A stretch of DNA of 64,000 nucleotides, taken from the NCBI GenBank assembly GCA_016869555.1, contig VGDY01000003.1, forward strand, positions 2,206-66,205, read 5' to 3'. Source of the DNA: Alphaproteobacteria bacterium (GTDB lineage: Bacteria; Pseudomonadota; Alphaproteobacteria; Rhizobiales; Beijerinckiaceae). Under the pieces are notes generated by a model. It ran no database searches. It saw nothing but the letters and a program-made list of their open reading frames with translations, and was not told the DNA's origin. How positions within the stretch are numbered: the first letter of the stretch is position 1; every line of letters begins with the position of its first letter. This document shows, in pieces, positions 22,086-31,488 of the stretch. Made by a program: the position numbers and the translations under genes.

Positions 22086-23149
22086 GTGTCGCGCGTGACG
22101 ACGTCGGCGTCGGAAAGCGCCGACACGATCGACTCCTCGGCGAATGAATAGAGCGCCAAATCGTCTTCGAGCAGATCGGCGACAAGGCTGATGCGCGACA
22201 ATCGATCGGCAAGCGCGCCGATTGAAGGGTGCACGACCGGCTCATAGTCTCCGGCGAGATCATGGCCGAGGATCCCTGCGAGCAGGGCGCTGAAATCGCG
22301 AAAGCGGCTGCGCACGCCGACAAGATCCATCGATGCGAGGTTTTCGAGCGCAGCCGTGACATGACGGCGCTCCGGCGTCTCACCCGGAATGCAGCCGAAC
22401 ATTCTCGTCATCGGGCTCATCAGCGCCTCGCGCTCCTCGTCGGTCAGATTGCGAAATTTCGCAAGCATCCCTTTGGAATCTTCGACCGGCAGGTCGCGCG
22501 CGAATTCGGTCAGCGCCGTCAGCCCGGTGAAGAGCAGCGGCAACATATGAGTCGAATCCGACTTCTGGATCAGGCTGAGGATCACCAGCCGCTGCGCCAG
22601 CTCCTCGAACGGATCGTTCAGCAGCGCCGCTGTCGTGAACTGCGCGTTGGACAAAAAATGCGAGTAGCGCGGGAAGCTGGACCGCCCCGACATGAAGATC
22701 GACTTGTTGAAATTATTGTTGATGAGCACGATCATCGTCTCGAAGGCGTAGCGCTCCGTCGACGGATAGGTGAGCGTGAATAGATTTCTCGATCGACCGC
22801 CCAATTTTTCGATGGGGCGAATTGAACTGTCGAATAGAAAAAACTTGCGCTCGATGTGCTTTCCCTCCTTGAACCGCCGATAGATCAGAATTCCGGTTTC
22901 GGCTTCGAGGAGTTCAATATCCCCAACGTCGGGCAGACCTTTGACGATCGTGTCGTCGACGATAAAGCCAACCAGGCCGGTAACGTGAACGCCAAGGTTG
23001 CGCACGTCCGGACGCTCGATGGTCGCTAGGATTTCAATGTCTTCCTCTCCCGGCCTGCGCACCAGGATTTTTGGAACCGCGGAAGGGTTGTCCGGCGCGA
23101 GCCAGCCGCTAATCGCGCCGCCCTTGTCATAGTCAATATGGAAGAACAC
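22073..23149 (-). CDS. Hypothetical capsule-locus protein with a weak sulfotransferase-like C-terminal pattern
   Basis: 358-aa ORF co-oriented with kpsT-kpsE; LLNDPFEE, ALENLASMDLVGVRSRF and DLALYSFA segments. Confidence 0.6.
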   Translation of the reverse strand: MFFHIDYDKGGAISGWLAPDNPSAVPKILVRRPGEEDIEILATIERPDVRNLGVHVTGLVGFIVDDTIVKGLPDVGDIELLEAETGILIYRRFKEGKHIERKFFLFDSSIRPIEKLGGRSRNLFTLTYPSTERYAFETMIVLINNNFNKSIFMSGRSSFPRYSHFLSNAQFTTAALLNDPFEELAQRLVILSLIQKSDSTHMLPLLFTGLTALTEFARDLPVEDSKGMLAKFRNLTDEEREALMSPMTRMFGCIPGETPERRHVTAALENLASMDLVGVRSRFRDFSALLAGILGHDLAGDYEPVVHPSIGALADRLSRISLVADLLEDDLALYSFAEESIVSALSDADVVTRDTQTM

Positions 23150-23209
23150 GAGCGCTCCAATCGAACAATTGAGTTCAGCCGATGCGCGCGTCGGACCAGA
23201 CTTCGCGAG

Positions 23210-24511
23210 CTACTTCGCCATATGATCGCGAACGAGGAAGGCCACGGCGATGAGCACCAGCCAGCCGACTGTCGCCGGAGCGACGATAATCGCCCATTCG
23301 ATCCAGCGCCGCGGATAGAGAGACTTTTCAGCAAGCGTCGGGCGAAGGAAGGAGATCAGATAGGCGCGCTGCGTTTCCAGATCGACGCGTGCGTTTTCAA
23401 ACGCCGACGCGGCGACCGCATATCTTTGCTGAGCGAGAGACAGTTCGATCTGATGCCGCGAAAGGACGCCGGCTCGCTGCGCGAGAGAGCCGGTTCCCTT
23501 ATCGCCGTCGCTTGCGATCTGCGTCGAATAGTCGTCAATCTGGCTCTTGAGGCTCTGAACGCGGGCGTTAAGCAGCCGCGCCTGAGGCGAGTCGGTGGTC
23601 TCCGCGTCGCTATGCAGTGCGAGGTCTTCCTGCGTCCGCGACAGCTCAAGCTGCAGCGAGGTAATGACCTTGCTGATCGCCTCCGCTGCGGCCGGCGCAT
23701 CGAGCACGCCCTCGGTGTTGCGCGCATCGCGCATGGCGCCTGTCGCATTCTTCAGCTGCTGTTCGGCGCGCGTCAGTTCGGTGCGCGCCTGCGCCAGCGC
23801 ATCCCGCCGGGAGCGCGTTGACATTTCATTAACCAGACGTTCGGAAATTGCGGCGATATTCTGCGAGATCTCCAGCGAATCTTGCGGCGTGAAGGCCCGA
23901 ACATGAACGGAGATGATGCCCGACATCATGTCGCTGCTGACGTCGATTCGCCGCTTCCAATATTTTTCCAACTCCTCGACGGGATCATCCGGATCGAAAC
24001 TCGAAAAATAGTCGACGCCGGGCCGGGAAAACATCGCGCGCAAGCCGATCTTCCTGTCGAGCGCTTCAACCATCGAGCGGCTGCGGATGAAATTGACGAG
24101 GACCTCCGCGTCCTGCATCCGCTGAGAAGACTGCGATCCGACGCCGCCCCCGCTCAGCAGGTCAAGGCTCGACGCTTCTCCGGCGCGCAAGGCGAATTTG
24201 GTCTCGGTCACATATTGCTTGCTGGCGATCAGTCCCCAATAGACCGAGGCGACGAGAAACGGGGCGATCACAAAGGCCGCGAAGCTGGCGAGGACGCCGA
24301 GACGGAAGGCGCGGTCGCCGCGGCGCGCCTGAAAGCCGCCGCCCCCGGCGATGACTCTCGCCGGCCCGCGCGACTTGTTCGCCGCTCGACGCAGCGCCTG
24401 AGCGATCGACTTCGCCTTCAGGCCCGCGTCCTGCGGGCTCAGCGGCGCTCGTTCGGGGTCGGCGAAGCTGAGCGAGAGCTTCGACTGCTGCGCGTGAATG
24501 GTTTCAGGCAT
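23210..24511 (-). CDS. Capsule polysaccharide export inner-membrane protein (KpsE-like), copy 2
   Basis: IASKQYVTETKFALR, FIRSRSM, SGIISVHVRAFTP and YLISFLRPTLAEKSLYPRR motifs; overlaps kpsT. Confidence 0.88.
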   Translation of the reverse strand: MPETIHAQQSKLSLSFADPERAPLSPQDAGLKAKSIAQALRRAANKSRGPARVIAGGGGFQARRGDRAFRLGVLASFAAFVIAPFLVASVYWGLIASKQYVTETKFALRAGEASSLDLLSGGGVGSQSSQRMQDAEVLVNFIRSRSMVEALDRKIGLRAMFSRPGVDYFSSFDPDDPVEELEKYWKRRIDVSSDMMSGIISVHVRAFTPQDSLEISQNIAAISERLVNEMSTRSRRDALAQARTELTRAEQQLKNATGAMRDARNTEGVLDAPAAAEAISKVITSLQLELSRTQEDLALHSDAETTDSPQARLLNARVQSLKSQIDDYSTQIASDGDKGTGSLAQRAGVLSRHQIELSLAQQRYAVAASAFENARVDLETQRAYLISFLRPTLAEKSLYPRRWIEWAIIVAPATVGWLVLIAVAFLVRDHMAK

Positions 24512-25157
24512 TGAGCTTCTTATAAAGTTCGATCGCTTCGTCGAGCTTGGAGAAAACGTGTATCTGTCCTCCCGCCAACACCATGCCGCGATTGCAATAT
24601 TGCTGAATAGTCGTCATGGCGTGCGACACCATGATTACGTCCGCGGTACGCCGGCGCTTGGCAAATTCATCTTGGCACCGAGCCGCAAAGCGCGCGTCGC
24701 CGACCGCGGTGACCTCGTCGATGAGATAGCACTCGAAATCGATCGACAGTGAAAGGCCGAAGGCGAGGCGCGCCATCATGCCGGATGAATAGGTGCGTAT
24801 CGGCGCGTCGATATAGGCGCCGATCTCGGCGAAATCCTCGACGAAGTTGATGACCTTGCGCGCGTCCTGTCCGTAGACTCGCGCGACGAATTTCACGTTT
24901 TCGCGTCCGCTGAGCATCGGGTGCAGCCCGCCGGAAAACCCCAGCGGCCAGGAGACGCGCGACGTGCGCTTGATCCGGCCGCCGTTTGGCATCTCAGTGC
25001 CCGCCAGCAGACGCATCAGAGTCGATTTGCCGGCGCCATTGACGCCTAAAATTCCATAGCTGCGTCCAGCCGCAAAATCGAGGCTGACGTGATCGAGCAC
25101 GACCTTTCTGTGGCCGCTCGAGCGATAATATTTAAAGACATTGTCTAGTTTGATCAT
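24504..25157 (-). CDS. kpsT: Capsular polysaccharide ABC transporter ATP-binding protein (KpsT-like)
   Basis: GVNGAGKST Walker A, SWPLGFSGG, YSSGMMARLAFG and LIDEVTAVGD motifs. Confidence 0.93.
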   Translation of the reverse strand: MIKLDNVFKYYRSSGHRKVVLDHVSLDFAAGRSYGILGVNGAGKSTLMRLLAGTEMPNGGRIKRTSRVSWPLGFSGGLHPMLSGRENVKFVARVYGQDARKVINFVEDFAEIGAYIDAPIRTYSSGMMARLAFGLSLSIDFECYLIDEVTAVGDARFAARCQDEFAKRRRTADVIMVSHAMTTIQQYCNRGMVLAGGQIHVFSKLDEAIELYKKLNA

Positions 25158-25345
25158 AAGTCCCGAGCGGCGGCCGGTCGTTCCGGCGCAGTCCCCAGGC
25201 GCAGCCCCCAGCGCGCGCAGGGTTTCGTTACGCCGGATTTCTGGCTAAGTCATGGCGAAGCAATCGGCATTGTTCGGGTCCCGGCAGTTGAAATTCCTGT
25301 GTTTTCAGCGCGGTTCGATCGCCGAAGCTCAAATGGAAGGCGCCC

Positions 25346-27853
25346 ATGACGACTAAAAAATCGGAAAGCCGCCTTCAATGGGCCCGCCGTCATCTGCGCA
25401 ATGGCTATATTATCCTGACGACGCGGGGCGGCGTAGCGCTTTACGGCGCCGCGATGCGCGAATTGGCAAAACTCCTCGATTCGCCTGTCGGCGTGTTCCT
25501 TGCGCCGCGCGATCTCTTGCGGGACGGTCCCCGCTTCGTGCGCGAGCAGGGCTTGCGCGCCGCCTGTGGCGCAATATTGCGCCAGATCGCCGCGCAATAT
25601 GATCCGCCGCTGGGCCGGCGGCGTAATCCGATCAACGACCCGCTGCGGCAGGCGGCGATTAGCTACTATTACACCTACCAACTGACCAAGCCGGACGGGG
25701 TCGTTCCGTCCCGCCGCCCGGTCAATGAGATGGATTTCGCGCTCGAAACGCCTTTCGCCTATGACGCCGCCCCGGAGCGCGCGCGCGCGATCGTCGCCAT
25801 CGTCCACGCCTTCTATCCCGATGTGCTGCCGCTTGTTCTCGAAAAGCTGCGGAACGTTCCCGGCCAGCTGGATCTTTGCGTCTCGACCGACACCGACGAA
25901 AAGAAGCGGGAGGTCGACGAGATTTGCGCCGACTGGCGCAAGGGTAAGGTCTTGACGCGGGTCTGTCCGAATCGCGGGCGCGACATCGCCGCCAAATTTT
26001 TCGGCTTTCGGGACGTCTATGCCGATTACGAACTCTTTATCCACCTCCATACCAAGCGCTCGCCGCATGGCGGCGAGACGTTGGCGCGCTGGCGCGACTA
26101 TCTCCTCGACAATCTGCTCGGTTCCGAGGCGATCGCCTGCTCAATTCTGTCGCTTTTCGACGATCCAAGGCTCGGCGTCGTTTTTCCCCAGCATCTTTTC
26201 GAACTGCGCGGCATATTGAATTGGGGCTACGACTATGATCTGGCGCGAAACCTATTGAAGCGGATCAACGTCGAGATCGACAAGAATCTCACGCTCGAAT
26301 TTCCGTCCGGCTCGATGTTCTGGGGAAGAACCGCCGCGTTTCGTCCGCTGCTCGACCTCGACATCGACTTTGACGACTTTCCGCAAGAGAGCGGCCAGGT
26401 CGACGGCACCCTCGCCCACGCCATCGAGCGATCCGTGCTGATGATCGCCGAATCGCACGGCTTCGAATGGCTCAAAGTCGCGCAACGCGACCTCTATCCG
26501 ATGGGTCACACATTGCTGGCCGTGCATGGCCCCGAAGACGTCGCCAAACATCGGCTCAAGGTTTTCCAACCCTCCCTCGCCTGCGTCGACTCCAATTTCC
26601 ATCCCTTCGCGACATTGATCGCCGAGACGCGGCCGCTTCTCTCCTATCCTTCGCGCAACGCGCGGCCGCGCCTGACGCTGCTGACTCCGACCGTCAATCC
26701 GCAGCAGACATTTGGCGGGATTGCGACCGCGATGAAGCTCTTCTCAAAGCTTCTGACCGAACTCGGCGACGCCTTCGACGCGCGCATCGTCGTGACCGAC
26801 GCGGATATCGAACCCGACGCCTATGCGGCGCTGTCCGACTATACGCCGGTTCCTTATGCGGCGAGCCTCGACGCCGAGACGGCGGCGCTGGTCGACGCAA
26901 ATGAGCGGGAGGGCGGCAGACTGAACCTGCGCGCCAACGACATTTTTTTGGCCACCGCCTGGTGGACCGCCGAATTCGCCCACGCCATGGAGCGCGACCG
27001 GGCGCGTTATTTCGGCGGCGCGCGGCCGTTCGTCTACCTCATTCAGGACGACGAGCCGAACTTCTACGGCCGTGGCGCGAAATCCTGTCTTGCGGAGGCG
27101 ACCTATCATTGCGGCGATCAGGCGATCGCAATCGTCAATTCCGAAGAGCTGTTCACGGTCATGGTCGAGAAATATCGCTTCCGCGAGGCCTATTATGTTC
27201 CCTATGAGCTAAACGAACGCATTCGCGAGCGGCTCGCGAGCGTTCCGCGAGAGCCGATCATGCTGGTTTACGGTCGGCCCGCCGTGGCGCGCAACGCTTT
27301 CGAACTGATTTGCGCGGCGCTGGTCATTTGGCAACAGCGGGATCCGATTCGCTCGAGCCGCTGGAGCATCGTTTTTCTGGGCGAGGATTTTCCCGATTCG
27401 CTCATCTATCCGGTGCAGAATGCGACCGTCGGCGGGAAAGCCCGTCTCGAAGACTACGCCGACTATCTCAATCGCGCGCTCGTCGGCGTTTCGCTGATGA
27501 TCTCTTCCCACCCGAGCTATCCGCCGCTCGAAATGGCGGAAGCGGGTCTTGCGACAATCTCCAATACTTTCGCCGGAAAGGATTTGCGCCGCCGGTTCGA
27601 CAACATTGTCGCGCCTGCCCGCCTCGATCCCGCATCGCTTGCCGATTCGATCGAGGACAGCGTCAGGCGCATGGAGCCTTTTGTCGGCGCCGTCGTCGCG
27701 CGCCAACGTCACGCAGCGCCGTCGGCTGGCGCGGCGCGTCTGTTCGATCCCGCCGCAGTCGCCTCTGAGCTGCGCCGCGCCGTGGCTTCGCCGCTCTCGT
27801 CGACGGGCGAGCACTCTCGTTCGATTTCTGCGAGCACCTGCGAAATATATTGA
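25346..27853 (+). CDS. Rhamnan synthesis F (RgpF) domain fused to a WsaF-like rhamnosyltransferase
   Basis: N-half [27 protein letters not shown] and [10 protein letters not shown] (RgpF); C-half [22 protein letters not shown] and [11 protein letters not shown] (WsaF-like GT4). Confidence 0.85.
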   Translation: MTTKKSESRLQWARRHLRNGYIILTTRGGVALYGAAMRELAKLLDSPVGVFLAPRDLLRDGPRFVREQGLRAACGAILRQIAAQYDPPLGRRRNPINDPLRQAAISYYYTYQLTKPDGVVPSRRPVNEMDFALETPFAYDAAPERARAIVAIVHAFYPDVLPLVLEKLRNVPGQLDLCVSTDTDEKKREVDEICADWRKGKVLTRVCPNRGRDIAAKFFGFRDVYADYELFIHLHTKRSPHGGETLARWRDYLLDNLLGSEAIACSILSLFDDPRLGVVFPQHLFELRGILNWGYDYDLARNLLKRINVEIDKNLTLEFPSGSMFWGRTAAFRPLLDLDIDFDDFPQESGQVDGTLAHAIERSVLMIAESHGFEWLKVAQRDLYPMGHTLLAVHGPEDVAKHRLKVFQPSLACVDSNFHPFATLIAETRPLLSYPSRNARPRLTLLTPTVNPQQTFGGIATAMKLFSKLLTELGDAFDARIVVTDADIEPDAYAALSDYTPVPYAASLDAETAALVDANEREGGRLNLRANDIFLATAWWTAEFAHAMERDRARYFGGARPFVYLIQDDEPNFYGRGAKSCLAEATYHCGDQAIAIVNSEELFTVMVEKYRFREAYYVPYELNERIRERLASVPREPIMLVYGRPAVARNAFELICAALVIWQQRDPIRSSRWSIVFLGEDFPDSLIYPVQNATVGGKARLEDYADYLNRALVGVSLMISSHPSYPPLEMAEAGLATISNTFAGKDLRRRFDNIVAPARLDPASLADSIEDSVRRMEPFVGAVVARQRHAAPSAGAARLFDPAAVASELRRAVASPLSSTGEHSRSISASTCEIY

Positions 27854-28683
27854 CCATAGCCGCTCTTCGAGAGTTTCGACGCCGCTGCGCGCGCCTGCGC
27901 GGAGTCGATCCAGCCTGCCCGGCAAGCAATCTCTTCAAGGCAGGCGACGCGTTGACCCTGGCGCTGTTCGATCGCGCGCACATATTCGCCCGCTTCGATC
28001 AGCGCCTCCGGCGTGCCGGTGTCGAGCCAGGCGAATCCGCGACCCAATCGAGCGACCTGCAATTCGCCGAGCTCCAGATAGATGCGGTTGAGATCGGTGA
28101 TCTCCAATTCGCCGCGTGGGGAAGGCTTTAGTTGCGCCGCGAACTGCGATGCGCGTTCGTCGTAAAAATAGAGGCCGGTCACCGCCCAATTCGATCGGGG
28201 CTGCGGCGGCTTTTCTTCGATCGAGATCGCGCGGCCCGCTGAATCGAATTCGACCACGCCGTATCGCTCCGGATCGCGCACGTGGTAGGCGAACACCGTG
28301 GCGGCGCTGCGCGCTGATTCGCTCAGCACGTCGGGCAGCCCATGGCCATAAAAAATATTGTCGCCGAGAATGAGCACCGACGGCGCGCCGTCGACGAAAT
28401 CGGCGCCGATGAGATAGGCCTGCGCCAACCCCTCCGGCCGAGGCTGTACGGCGTAAGACAACGACAGTCCCCATTGAGCGCCGCTGCCGAGCAACCGCTT
28501 GAAGGACAAAAGATCCTCCGGCGTGGTGATGATCAGGACTTCGCGCACGCCGGCCAGCATCAGCGTGCTGAGCGGATAATAGATCATCGGCTTGTCGTAG
28601 ACGGGGAGCAATTGCTTCGACGTGACGAGCGTCATCGGATGCAGCCTTGTGCCGCTGCCTCCGGCGAGAATGATGCCGCGCAT
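27709..28683 (-). CDS. rfbA: Glucose-1-phosphate thymidylyltransferase
   Basis: [31 protein letters not shown] and WLDTGT motifs (rmlA). Confidence 0.97.
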   Translation of the reverse strand: MRGIILAGGSGTRLHPMTLVTSKQLLPVYDKPMIYYPLSTLMLAGVREVLIITTPEDLLSFKRLLGSGAQWGLSLSYAVQPRPEGLAQAYLIGADFVDGAPSVLILGDNIFYGHGLPDVLSESARSAATVFAYHVRDPERYGVVEFDSAGRAISIEEKPPQPRSNWAVTGLYFYDERASQFAAQLKPSPRGELEITDLNRIYLELGELQVARLGRGFAWLDTGTPEALIEAGEYVRAIEQRQGQRVACLEEIACRAGWIDSAQARAAASKLSKSGYGQYISQVLAEIERECSPVDESGEATARRSSEATAAGSNRRAAPADGAA

Positions 28684-28694
28684 GGGAGTCCTGT

Positions 28695-29585
28695 TCAATG
28701 CGGAATTAATCGGGTGACGCAGGCGTCCAGAGAATCGCGCCAATTCGGCAGCGCGATCCCGTAGTTGGCTTTAAGCTTGGCGTTGTCGAGCCGGGAATTC
28801 GCCGGCCGGCGCGCCGGCGTCGGATAGTCTGCGGTGGCGATGCGCTTGACGCGGACGGGCTTGCGGCCCCGCGCCTCCGCCGCTGAAAAGATCGCTTCCG
28901 CCATATCGGCCCAGGTCGCATCGCCCTGGCCGGTCAAATGGAAGACGCCGCGCAGGCGGGCGTCTGAGTCGTCGACAAGTCTTTCGGCGATCGCGAGCAG
29001 CGCGTCGGCAATGTCGAGCGCGCTCGTCGGATTGCCGATCTGGTCGGCGACGACGCCGATTTCATCGCGCGTCTCGCCGAGACGCAGCATCGTCTTGACG
29101 AAATTGGCCCCAAATGGGCTGTAGACCCAGGCGGTGCGCAAGATGACGCAATTGTCGCAGCGCGCCGCGATCTGCTTTTCGCCCTCAAGCTTGGAACGTC
29201 CATAGGCGCCGCCCGGGCACGGCGCGTCGTCTTCGCGATAGGGGCGATCGCTCTGCCCGTCGAAGACATAGTCGGTCGAAAGATGCAGCAGCGGCACGTT
29301 CAGCTCGGACGCTGTCTCGGCGACATAGCCTGCGCCCGCGCCATTGACGTTCATCGCCACGTCCGGCTCGCTTTCAGCCTTATCGACTTGCGTATACGCG
29401 GCGGCGTTGACGATGGCGTCGCAGCGCACGCTGCGTAGCGACGCAAGAACCATGTCACGTGAGGAAAGATCGAAACGGGGACGGCCGAGCGCGAGCATTT
29501 CGACGCCGTTCGGCGCCCGTTCGATGAGCGAGCTGACGACCTGGCCGGTCAGTCCGGTGACCGCGATGCGCTTCAACTTTCCCAC
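28695..29585 (-). CDS. rfbD: dTDP-4-dehydrorhamnose reductase
   Basis: [27 protein letters not shown] and RPANSRLD motifs (rmlD). Confidence 0.96.
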   Translation of the reverse strand: MGKLKRIAVTGLTGQVVSSLIERAPNGVEMLALGRPRFDLSSRDMVLASLRSVRCDAIVNAAAYTQVDKAESEPDVAMNVNGAGAGYVAETASELNVPLLHLSTDYVFDGQSDRPYREDDAPCPGGAYGRSKLEGEKQIAARCDNCVILRTAWVYSPFGANFVKTMLRLGETRDEIGVVADQIGNPTSALDIADALLAIAERLVDDSDARLRGVFHLTGQGDATWADMAEAIFSAAEARGRKPVRVKRIATADYPTPARRPANSRLDNAKLKANYGIALPNWRDSLDACVTRLIPH

Positions 29586-30137
29586 TTAAGCGAAAACCTC
29601 CGGCAGGTCGCGCAGCCGCGGCCATTTGCGATCCTTGTCCGACAACACGACGCTTTCGGCGGCGACCGGCCAGTCGACGCCGATGTCCGGGTCGTCCCAG
29701 GCGACGCCGCAATCATGCTGCGGCGAATAAAAGTTCGTCACCTTGTAGATGACTTCCGTGTCAGGCTCGAGGGTGACGAAGCCATGCGCGAATCCGATCG
29801 GAATGAACAGCTGGCGCCAGTTCTCTCTCGAAAGCTCGACGACGACATGACGTCCGAACGTCGGCGACGACCGCCGCAAATCGACGGCGACGTCGAGAAT
29901 TGCGCCGCTGACCACGCGAACCAGCTTGTCCTGCGCGAAGGGCGCCTTTTGGAAATGCAGCCCGCGCACCGTGCCGACGTCGCGCGACAGCGAATGATTG
30001 TCCTGGACGAAGTCGAAATTCAGTCCTGCGTTCGCCCAGGTCTTTTCATTGTGCGTTTCGCAAAAAAAGCCGCGTTCGTCGCCGAATTTTTTCGGCATAA
30101 CCAGCTTCAGCCCCGAAAGCTCCAAATCTTCGAACAA
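29586..30137 (-). CDS. rfbC: dTDP-4-dehydrorhamnose 3,5-epimerase
   Basis: DERGFF, VQDNHS, RGLHFQ and GFAHGF motifs (rmlC); probable TTG start at 30137 after a GGGGGA RBS. Confidence 0.96.
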   Translation of the reverse strand: MFEDLELSGLKLVMPKKFGDERGFFCETHNEKTWANAGLNFDFVQDNHSLSRDVGTVRGLHFQKAPFAQDKLVRVVSGAILDVAVDLRRSSPTFGRHVVVELSRENWRQLFIPIGFAHGFVTLEPDTEVIYKVTNFYSPQHDCGVAWDDPDIGVDWPVAAESVVLSDKDRKWPRLRDLPEVFA

Positions 30138-30157
30138 ACCGTCCCCCCAATCGCGCT

Positions 30158-31231
30158 TCAGGCGACGGCCGCTTCTTGTTCGGCGATCACGCCGAGGCGT
30201 TCGCCGCGATATTTCCCCGAACGGATCGCCTGCCACCAGTCCGGATTGTCCAGATACCAGCGCACGGTCTTGCGAAGGCCGGTTTCGAACCGCTCGGCCG
30301 GCCGCCATCCGAGCTCTCGCTCGATTTTCGAGGCGTCGATCGCATAGCGCAAATCATGTCCCGGCCGATCGGCGACAAAGGCGATCAAATCGCGATGCGA
30401 TCCGGCCTGCCGCGGGCGGAATTCGTCCATCAGGTCGCAGATCGCTTTGACCACGTCGATGTTGCGCCATTCATTGCGTCCGCCGACATTATAGGATTCG
30501 CCAACTTGGCCTTCGCGCGCCACGCACATCAGCGCAGCGGCGTGATCCTCGACATAGAGCCAGTCGCGCACATTCTCGCCGCGGCCATAGACCGGCAGCG
30601 GCTTCTCCTCGATCGCGTTGATGACGGTGAGCGGGATGAGCTTTTCTGGAAAGTGATACGGACCGTAGTTGTTGGAGCAATTGGTGACGATCGTCGGAAG
30701 GCCGTAGGTATGGCGCCAGGCGCGAACAAGATGGTCCGAGCCGGCCTTCGACGCCGAATAGGGCGAGGTCGGCGCATAGGGCGTGTCTTCGCGGAACAGG
30801 CCTTCCGCGCCGAGCGCGCCGAACACTTCGTCTGTGGAGATATGCATGAAGCGGAAGTCATGGGCGCGGGCGCGATCGAGCCCGCGCCAATAGTCGAGCG
30901 CCGCTCGCAGCATGACGAATGTGCCGACGACATTGGTTTCGATGAAGGCGGCCGGTCCGTCGATCGAGCGATCGACATGGCTCTCGGCGGCGAGATGCAT
31001 GACGACGTCGGGCTGAAAATCGGCGAAAGCGCCCGCCACCGCGCCGGCGTCGCAGATGTCGGCCTGCAGAAAAGCAAAATTCGGACTGTCGGCGACCGGC
31101 CGCAGCGAGGCGAGATTTCCCGCATAGGTCAGCTTGTCCAGGACGAGAATTTGATCAACGCCCTGGCCGATGCTCGCTCGCGCAACCGCCGAGCCGATGA
31201 ACCCCGCGCCACCGGTGATCAATATTTTCAT
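30158..31231 (-). CDS. rfbB: dTDP-glucose 4,6-dehydratase
   Basis: [21 protein letters not shown] and YSASKA motifs (rmlB). Confidence 0.97.
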   Translation of the reverse strand: MKILITGGAGFIGSAVARASIGQGVDQILVLDKLTYAGNLASLRPVADSPNFAFLQADICDAGAVAGAFADFQPDVVMHLAAESHVDRSIDGPAAFIETNVVGTFVMLRAALDYWRGLDRARAHDFRFMHISTDEVFGALGAEGLFREDTPYAPTSPYSASKAGSDHLVRAWRHTYGLPTIVTNCSNNYGPYHFPEKLIPLTVINAIEEKPLPVYGRGENVRDWLYVEDHAAALMCVAREGQVGESYNVGGRNEWRNIDVVKAICDLMDEFRPRQAGSHRDLIAFVADRPGHDLRYAIDASKIERELGWRPAERFETGLRKTVRWYLDNPDWWQAIRSGKYRGERLGVIAEQEAAVA

Positions 31232-31488
31232 TAAGTCCCCGTATTACCCATTGCTGCGCCGTGAAATCCAGCAAGCCTCACTGCGAAGGAGATGGTCGGC
31301 GGTCCCGCTGCTTACGCGCATTATGTGGCGGAACAACGTCATGGCGTAGCTGGCGGGCCGCGGACGAGACGGCGCGGCTCGCGCCATTCGTCGGCGAATT
31401 GCGCGACCGCTGTCCGGGCGGATATGCTGCCATTGACCTCAGCTTCGCATGGCGGCGGCGCCATGCCAACCCTTGGGCGCAGCCGTCA

